Of a stretch of 64,000 nt of DNA, positions 57,588 through 64,000 are shown piece after piece. A model generated the notes under the pieces. That model made no database searches and was not told the DNA's origin. It worked only from the letters and a program-made list of their open reading frames with translations. Positions within the stretch are counted from its first letter, which is position 1. Each line of letters begins with the position of its first letter. This stretch comes from Candidatus Sumerlaeaceae bacterium (lineage in GTDB: Bacteria; Sumerlaeota; Sumerlaeia; Sumerlaeales; Sumerlaeaceae): positions 96,001 through 160,000 of the forward strand of contig JBPCLP010000020.1 of the NCBI GenBank assembly GCA_051003195.1. The letters are read 5' to 3'. The translations under genes and the position numbers were made by a program.

Positions 57588-58988
57588 TTAGCTTTTTGGA
57601 TTCAGCCCCAGTGGAAGGCGCACGGTGAAAGTCGTACCGAAACCCGGCACGCTTTCCACTGCGATTTCGCCGCCCATCAGGCGGCAAAGATTACGGCTGA
57701 TGGCAAGTCCGAGCCCAGTCCCGAGGGATGGTTTCTCGCCAGTGAGGTCCGTACTTTCAACCTGGTAAAACGCCTCAAACAGACGCTCCATCTGGTCCTG
57801 CGTCATACCGATGCCCGTATCCTGCACGCGAAAAACGGCGTAGGCTGATGCCTGGTCGCTGAAGCCGGGCTCGACGTCGACAGCAAGACTGACGACGCCG
57901 TTCTGCGTAAACTTGGCCGCGTTACCAAGCAGATTCAGCAGAATCTGCCGCACCTTGGTCTGGTCCGCCTGCATGGCACTCACCACATCGGTTACAGCCA
58001 CTTCCAATCGATTGCCGGCCAGCTCGACAGCCGGGCGGACCAGGTCGGCGACTTCGCGCACGAGCTGACGGATCGGGAAAGTCTCGGCACGCAGTGTTGC
58101 TTTGCCGGCCTCAATTCGCGCAAGATCAAGCAAGTCGTCAATGAGTCGCAGCAGATGTTTCCCGGCGGAGTGGATGCGGCCCAGGTCCTGCTGAATGCCG
58201 GCCTGCTCGGGTTCCTGTGCATCTTCCTGCAGCATCTCTGCGTAGCCGAGAATGGCGTTCAGTGGAGTGCGCAATTCGTGACTGACCCGCGCGAGAAACG
58301 CGCTCTTCGCCTGGTCGGTGCGTATCGCTATGTCGCGCGCTTGTGCGAGCTCCTGGTTAATGCGGAGAATGTCCCGTTCGCGGTTTCTCAAACTGTCGAA
58401 TAGCCGCGCGTTTTGAATGACGACACCAAGTTGCTCTGCGACAACGGTCAGGAATTCGACGTCATCGGCGCTGAAGCGATGCGTGCGCTCGGTATCATCG
58501 ACGCGCAGCACTCCAATGACACTGCGTCTCCAGACGATCGGGACCGCCGCGGAACTTTTAAGGCGTAACTCTTTGACGAACTCCGGCGGAATTAACTCAG
58601 TCCTGGAACAGTCCCCAACAACCACCGGGCGCACTTCTGAAAAACAGAGGCCGGAAATGCTGAAGCCAACCGGCTGCGGGCCGGCACGGAGTTTTTCGTT
58701 CTGGTGCGCGGCACCGATGTACGCTTCGCTCACAAGCGCGCCGACTTCTTCATCCCACAATAGAACAGCGGCACGGCTGACACGCAGGCAGGCGGGCAAC
58801 ATCTCGTATACGCGCAGATAGACAGTCTTTAAATCCTGCGCTTCCTGAAAAGTCGCATGAAAGGAGCGCAGCAGCTGCAGTCGGCTGATGACACGCAGCA
58901 CGTTAGAGTCTGAAGTGGCGCAGGAAGCATCTTCAGAGCCCATGCCCTGGTCGTAAAACTCGTCCCTTGCGCTGCCGGAACTCATCAC
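57588..58988 (-). CDS. GAF-domain sensor histidine kinase
   Basis: GAF region; SHELRTPL, NLLGNAAKFT, DTGIG and GTGLGL. Confidence 0.92.
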   Translation of the reverse strand: MMSSGSARDEFYDQGMGSEDASCATSDSNVLRVISRLQLLRSFHATFQEAQDLKTVYLRVYEMLPACLRVSRAAVLLWDEEVGALVSEAYIGAAHQNEKLRAGPQPVGFSISGLCFSEVRPVVVGDCSRTELIPPEFVKELRLKSSAAVPIVWRRSVIGVLRVDDTERTHRFSADDVEFLTVVAEQLGVVIQNARLFDSLRNRERDILRINQELAQARDIAIRTDQAKSAFLARVSHELRTPLNAILGYAEMLQEDAQEPEQAGIQQDLGRIHSAGKHLLRLIDDLLDLARIEAGKATLRAETFPIRQLVREVADLVRPAVELAGNRLEVAVTDVVSAMQADQTKVRQILLNLLGNAAKFTQNGVVSLAVDVEPGFSDQASAYAVFRVQDTGIGMTQDQMERLFEAFYQVESTDLTGEKPSLGTGLGLAISRNLCRLMGGEIAVESVPGFGTTFTVRLPLGLNPKS

Positions 58989-59173
58989 GGATCCCTTCCA
59001 GAATTACCGAAGGTTAGTACTCCCCGGTATTGCCAGCAGTTCAACTGAGGATGCGACGCTTGTCAAGCCCAAGCCTTGCCGAATGCTGCGCGCCGAGCGT
59101 CGACCCTGTACGTCTGTAAACTTTGAACTTGCGCCGCTATACGCGATAGTTTCGGGAGTAGCAGGCCGCATGA

Positions 59174-61144
59174 ATGACTAACGAGAGCGCGAACCAACAA
59201 AGCCGGGACGAAAGCCCCCCGCCGGCTTCCATAAAAGCCGTCCTGGTTTTCGACGGAGACTGCGGATTTTGCCGCAAATGGATTGCCCGGTGGCGGCAGA
59301 TCACGCGGGGGTCTGTCGAGTACGTTGCATCGCAGGCCGCGGAAACAACACGGCGTTTTCCGGACGTGCCGGAACAGTGGTATCGCGAGGGCGTCGTGTT
59401 GATGGAGAGCGGACGGCAGCCACTGCGATGCGCACACGCGGTATTTCGCACGCTTGCACTGGCACCCGGGTCGCGCGGCATTGGCTTGTGGCTCTATGAG
59501 CACATTCCCGGGTTCGCCGGCATCGCTGAGTATGCTTATGACCTCATCGCCCGTCATCGTGGAGCCGCGGTCGCGCTTACACGGCTTGTGTGGCTCGGCC
59601 GTGTCGAATTACCACGGCTGGCAGTCACGCGCTGGCTTTTTTTGCGCGGACTCGGTATCATTTATTTTTGCGCATTCATGTCGCTGTTGGTTCAGATGCC
59701 CGCGCTCGTTGGATCGAATGGAATTCTACCCACGCAGCAGTTTTTTGACCAGGTTGGGGAGCAGCTCGGCACCGGGCGATATCTGCAGCTTCCCAGCATC
59801 CTGTGGTGGACTGGCGCGGGCGATCTTGCCCTCGGGTGCACCTGCCTTGGTGGCGCAGTATTAGCGCTGCTGCTGGTGGTCGGGTTTGCGCAGGTGCCGG
59901 TGCTCGTTTTGTTGTGGGCTCTGTACCTTTCGCTTTGTGCGGCGGGCCAGGTGTTCCTGCAGTTCCAGTGGGACCTGCTGCTGCTGGAATCGGGTTTCCT
60001 GGCAGTGTTCCTGGCGCCGCTGACGTTGCTGCCGCGCAAACCGCTTAACGAAGGCGAGCCGTCGCGCATTGGGGTTTGGATGCTGCGCTGGCTCGTTGCG
60101 CGCTTTATGTTCCAATCTGGAATTGTGAAGCTGCTCAGTGGCGATCCGACCTGGCGCGACCTGACGGCACTGACCTACCATTTCGAAACGCAGCCGCTGC
60201 CTACCTGGATCGGGTGGTTTATGCACCACGGGCCGGTGTGGTTCTTAAAAGCCAATACGCTGGCGATGTATGGAATCGAGATCGGGCTGGCGTTGCTGGT
60301 GTTCGGGCCCCGTGGATTGCGCATCATCGCGGCGTCGGCATTTGCGCTGCTGCAGTTGATGATTCTGCTTACCGGCAATTACGGCTTTTTCAACTGGCTG
60401 ACGCTCGTGTTATGCATTATGCTGCTGGATGATTTCGTATGGCCGTGGAGCTGGGGCGGTAAGCGCCCATGGATGGGCAGGGGCGGGGTGCAGGACGACC
60501 GGACCGTGCGAGCGCCGCGCAAGTGGCCGCGCTGGGTACTGGTTCCGGTGGCCCTCGTAGTGCTCGTTGTAACGGGCACGGAAGCAGTGCTTCAAGTGGG
60601 CTGGCAGCGGATTGTGCCGTCGCCGCTGATTGGATTGACTGCGATGGCGCAGCCTTTTCGCACATTGAACTCCTATGGTCTGTTCGCTGTCATGACGACC
60701 ACGCGCCCGGAGATCACCATCGAGGGCAGCCTGGACGGAAAGAATTGGCACGCTTATCGATTCAAATACAAGCCGGGCGAACTGGATCGGCGCCCTGTGT
60801 TTTGCCAGCCACACATGCCGCGGCTGGACTGGCAGATGTGGTTTGCGGCCCTTGGCACCATACGGCGTAACGAGTGGCTGCTTCTTTTCCAACAGCGCCT
60901 GCTGGAGGGCAATCGCGGTGTGACCGCGCTGTTGAGATATGATCCGTTCAGGGGCTCTCCCTCTCCAAAATACATCCGCGCCACGATTGCCAATTATCAC
61001 TTTACCGATATCGCGACCTGGCGAAGCACGGGGCGCTGGTGGCGATCCGATATACCACAGCCTTACACTCCCGTGCTGACGCTGCGTGAAGGTCGACTTG
61101 CTGTTGCAAACCAGTTGAACGGGAGCGATGCAGAAGCACGTTGA
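59174..61144 (+). CDS. DCC (DUF393) plus lipase maturation factor (LMF1) fusion membrane protein
   Basis: FDGDCGFC; FQWDLLLLE, YHFETQPLP, TGNYGFFN, YGLFAVMT and HMPRLDWQMWFAAL. Confidence 0.88.
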   Translation: MTNESANQQSRDESPPPASIKAVLVFDGDCGFCRKWIARWRQITRGSVEYVASQAAETTRRFPDVPEQWYREGVVLMESGRQPLRCAHAVFRTLALAPGSRGIGLWLYEHIPGFAGIAEYAYDLIARHRGAAVALTRLVWLGRVELPRLAVTRWLFLRGLGIIYFCAFMSLLVQMPALVGSNGILPTQQFFDQVGEQLGTGRYLQLPSILWWTGAGDLALGCTCLGGAVLALLLVVGFAQVPVLVLLWALYLSLCAAGQVFLQFQWDLLLLESGFLAVFLAPLTLLPRKPLNEGEPSRIGVWMLRWLVARFMFQSGIVKLLSGDPTWRDLTALTYHFETQPLPTWIGWFMHHGPVWFLKANTLAMYGIEIGLALLVFGPRGLRIIAASAFALLQLMILLTGNYGFFNWLTLVLCIMLLDDFVWPWSWGGKRPWMGRGGVQDDRTVRAPRKWPRWVLVPVALVVLVVTGTEAVLQVGWQRIVPSPLIGLTAMAQPFRTLNSYGLFAVMTTTRPEITIEGSLDGKNWHAYRFKYKPGELDRRPVFCQPHMPRLDWQMWFAALGTIRRNEWLLLFQQRLLEGNRGVTALLRYDPFRGSPSPKYIRATIANYHFTDIATWRSTGRWWRSDIPQPYTPVLTLREGRLAVANQLNGSDAEAR

Positions 61145-61737
61145 AGATGGCGAGCTATTGCGTAAGACGAGTCATGCAGTGCTGCGCCTGCAAGCGCACA
61201 CATGCGTTTACGCTGATTGAACTGCTTATTGTGGTCGGGATCATCGCGATCCTGGCGCTGGTCGCGTTGCCAAACCTGCTTGAGGCGCAGGTGCGATCGA
61301 AGATAAGCCGCGCGCGCGCCGATATGCGCACGCTGGCGACTGCACTTGAGACTTATGCGGCGGATAATAATAAGTACGTCCCGCGTGACGACGACGACGT
61401 GGTTCCCGAGAGTTTGACGACGCCCATCGCGTACTTAACATCGATTCCGCAGGACCAGTTTCGCCCCGGCAACATGAGCGTACGCGAGCGGCGCTACGGT
61501 TACCACAACGTGCGCGCGGAAGTGGAAGCGCTGTCGCCCGGCTGGCCGGAGAATGACCTGAAACGCTACGGCGACTGGCGGTTTTTCTCTTTTGGTCCGA
61601 AACAGGAATCGCTGCCACATGTCCCGTACGATTCGACCAACGGCACGGTATCGGAGGGGAACGTGTTGCGAACCCAGCGCAGCCCGGAAGGCAAAATCCT
61701 GTTCACATTCTGGGACCCGGCGAACCCGCAGGCGTAG
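61141..61737 (+). CDS. Prepilin-type N-terminal cleavage/methylation protein
   Basis: A/FTLIELLIVVGIIAILA, LTTPIAYL, SFGP and YDSTNGTVSEG; paralogue of 53910-54656. Confidence 0.88.
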   Translation: MKMASYCVRRVMQCCACKRTHAFTLIELLIVVGIIAILALVALPNLLEAQVRSKISRARADMRTLATALETYAADNNKYVPRDDDDVVPESLTTPIAYLTSIPQDQFRPGNMSVRERRYGYHNVRAEVEALSPGWPENDLKRYGDWRFFSFGPKQESLPHVPYDSTNGTVSEGNVLRTQRSPEGKILFTFWDPANPQA

Positions 61738-61951
61738 AACCACGCTTAAGCCTCGTGCATTCGCAGTTGCTGCAGTAGCACTGTTATTATTTTAGCTAAA
61801 ACGCTTGCAAACCTGCTCACTAGCCAACAGTCCCGTGGTGGGCTGCAATTGCGCAACCGCATCAGACGCTAAACTTGCTCTGCCGGCAATAGGTATCGCT
61901 TTGCATGCGGGAAGCCGAACAGCTCTTCTGATTTTTTTTAGGGGAAAAGCT

Positions 61952-63208
61952 ATGCATTGCTCTCTGAAGGTTCTTTGCTGTATCGTACTTCAACTGTCGT
62001 GCTTTGCCGTAACGCGAGCTAATTGCTCATTCCAGATGCATGGCAAAGGATTGTTTATAAAAAACGTCCGTGGCTATAACTTTGCGAAAGAGGAGCTTAC
62101 AACCGGCGTCGATAAGCTGATGCAAGAGCTACATGCAAGGAAACTGAGCTGCACCGCAGATGGCGAAAACAGCGATTTGTGCCGCTTCCTCAAGCGCTTG
62201 AGTTTAAATGCGCCCGAGGGAAAGGCGCGGCACCTAAAGAGCTATACGCTGACCGAAATGCGTGACTTCCTGCGTGAATTGAAAGCAGACTGGATCTGCG
62301 TCAAAGCTATAGATGGCATTAATCTCACGGCACAGTTTGACCAGAACCTTGTTTCGACTTTTGCGTTTTCTACGCCTCGGTTGTTTGCTCTTTGTGATTT
62401 GCGAACATCAATTAGCAAGGCTGTCGACTTTGATGAGGCTGGCAGATTGCAAGCGGAGGCAATTGTTAGCTTTATAAACAAGTATCCAAAAGTCGCAGGA
62501 ATTGTAATTGTGCCGGCTCAAAAGTCGGAGAAGATTGATTTTTTTCATGCGCCCGATTCGACTACAGTAACTGCAGCATTTTTGAAATCGCTTCCAGTGG
62601 AGACTACTGTTCCGCTCGCTTATTCTCCGATCCACGCCTTGATTTGTAACGAAGACTCACCGTCAGCAGCGGTCGCAATTCACCGGCGCTTTCTAAATGA
62701 TTCCCATTTCACGAGCTTTGTGCCTCGGTGCTTCTGGCGAGCAAGTAAGTCTGACGACGAGAAAAATCGTCAAGAACGATTAAAAAAGTTCATGTTCAAC
62801 GGTGTGATACCTTGGCTTTACACAAACGAGTACTCAACGAATCCCGTCGTGCTAATCGGCCAAGGAGAATTACAAAAGACGAAATGGTCTGAAGTGAACC
62901 GGTTCGCCAAATTAATACGTAATCACGAGAGTACCTACTCTTCTGTAAAGGGCATAGGCTATTGGTGTTTAGATGAACTGAAGCATCAAGACCTGATGGA
63001 TTTTGCTAATCTTGACATCAAGGCGCCTCCAGACAGCCAGGAACCATTTGGCATTGGTAAGAAAAAGAAGCCTAAGTATGTAATGGGAGAGATAGAAGGC
63101 TGTTCGACAAATTGGATCCCTGGAGTGGTTCCAAAAGATGCACTGCCAATGCTGCGGATGATGCTTGGCTTTCTCGAAGGGGTCCCTGAATGTCTGCCTA
63201 CATACTAA
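61952..63208 (+). CDS. Exported hypothetical protein, AT-richer than its neighbours
   Basis: ATG after AGGGG; signal-like N-terminus; GKGLFI and WICVKAIDG are weakly glycoside-hydrolase-like. Confidence 0.6.
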   Translation: MHCSLKVLCCIVLQLSCFAVTRANCSFQMHGKGLFIKNVRGYNFAKEELTTGVDKLMQELHARKLSCTADGENSDLCRFLKRLSLNAPEGKARHLKSYTLTEMRDFLRELKADWICVKAIDGINLTAQFDQNLVSTFAFSTPRLFALCDLRTSISKAVDFDEAGRLQAEAIVSFINKYPKVAGIVIVPAQKSEKIDFFHAPDSTTVTAAFLKSLPVETTVPLAYSPIHALICNEDSPSAAVAIHRRFLNDSHFTSFVPRCFWRASKSDDEKNRQERLKKFMFNGVIPWLYTNEYSTNPVVLIGQGELQKTKWSEVNRFAKLIRNHESTYSSVKGIGYWCLDELKHQDLMDFANLDIKAPPDSQEPFGIGKKKKPKYVMGEIEGCSTNWIPGVVPKDALPMLRMMLGFLEGVPECLPTY

Positions 63209-64000
63209 GGAATGGTTCGCTGCCCTGTTACGCAACGAAATCCCAGATGACTAAGCCCGTGCCCTGGCTCCATCCGGTTGCGGGCGGCGCAGCGGAAACC
63301 GTGGCAGACGCCTTCGGCGCATAGAAAACTGCCGCCCCGGCAGACGCGTTTATCGCCCGTGGCTGGACCAGTCGGGTTCAGTCGCGGGCTTTCTTCGTAA
63401 TAAGTTTCGCCGTACCAGTCGGTGCACCACTCCCAAACGTTTCCACCCATGTCGTACAGGCCATAGCCGTTCGGGCGGAACGATTGAACCGGCGCTCGCA
63501 GATCAAACCCGTCTTCCAGCGTGTTCGTGGTAGGGAACTCTCCCTGGAAAAAGTTCGCCTGCAGTTTGCCGCCCGGTCGAAGTTCGTTGCCCCATGGATA
63601 TGTGATATTCTGTTTTCCGCCGCGGCAGGCCCATTCCCATTCGGCTTCGGTTGGCAGGCGTTTGCCAGCCCAGGCAGCATATGCAGCGGCGTCGCCCCAA
63701 GAGACCTGGGTGACCGGCGCGTCGGGTCGGGCGGAACTTGCCGGACCCTCCGGGTGCCGCCAGTTGGCTCCGTCTGTTTTTGTCCAGCTGTGAGTGGTCG
63801 GAAGAAACGCCAGCGAGTGACCGTCGCGTTCGGCAGCGGTGATGTGCCGAGTGGCGGAAGTGAAGCGCTCGAAGTCACGCACGGTAACCTCGGTGCGATC
63901 CATCCAGAAACCGGAAACTTCCACCTCGTGACTTGGACCTTCCGCGTCAAACTCCTCATCGCTGCCCATCTCAAACGTGCCGCCTGGTATATAGATCATA
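63205..64000 (-). CDS. Formylglycine-generating enzyme (SUMF1) family protein (5'-truncated by window edge)
   Basis: RLPTEAEWE, NGYGLYDMGGNVWEW, RGGSFLC....C...R and GFRC. Confidence 0.92.
   Translation of the reverse strand, partial: MIYIPGGTFEMGSDEEFDAEGPSHEVEVSGFWMDRTEVTVRDFERFTSATRHITAAERDGHSLAFLPTTHSWTKTDGANWRHPEGPASSARPDAPVTQVSWGDAAAYAAWAGKRLPTEAEWEWACRGGKQNITYPWGNELRPGGKLQANFFQGEFPTTNTLEDGFDLRAPVQSFRPNGYGLYDMGGNVWEWCTDWYGETYYEESPRLNPTGPATGDKRVCRGGSFLCAEGVCHGFRCAARNRMEPGHGLSHLGFRCVTGQRTIP

Noticed and set aside
1..64000. tRNA, rRNA, tmRNA or riboswitch genes
   Set aside because: None recognised by eye in the intergenic regions; a tRNAscan/Infernal run is needed to exclude them properly.

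Overview
This is a gene-dense, GC-rich bacterial chromosomal window. Lineage is inferred only: prepilin-like proteins ending in a YDxTNGTVSxG motif and secreted proteins ending in a short W-x-L tail suggest Sumerlaeota/BRC1 or a relative. Housekeeping and metabolic genes include two sugar ABC systems, acnA, glyQS, sahR-ahcY, a nagB-like gene, mbfA, a TPP decarboxylase and an mglA-like GTPase. Many exported hydrolases are present: three serine proteases, a GH120-like and other beta-helix glycan enzymes, a sulfatase and an amidase. An accessory segment at about 41.5-49.5 kb carries HNH, DUF4041/T5orf172 and SNase-like genes. I recognised no rRNA, tRNA, CRISPR array or transposase. The main leads are: (1) three secreted proteases of two unrelated folds share a C-terminal A-x-x-[DA]-W-x-L-hydrophobic-[DE]-COOH tail, a candidate undescribed protein-sorting signal; (2) a modular, structured ~330-bp non-coding element occurs twice (23.8 and 49.1 kb) with inverted sub-copies and ~9-nt-period tandem repeats; (3) an intact 859-aa orphan HsdR homologue has lost its nuclease and most helicase motifs; (4) a eukaryote-type UDP-galactopyranose mutase homologue is present; (5) decayed toxin-antitoxin modules flank glyQS, including a start-less DUF4160 gene missed by the ORF track. 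All family calls come from motif recognition by eye, not database searches.
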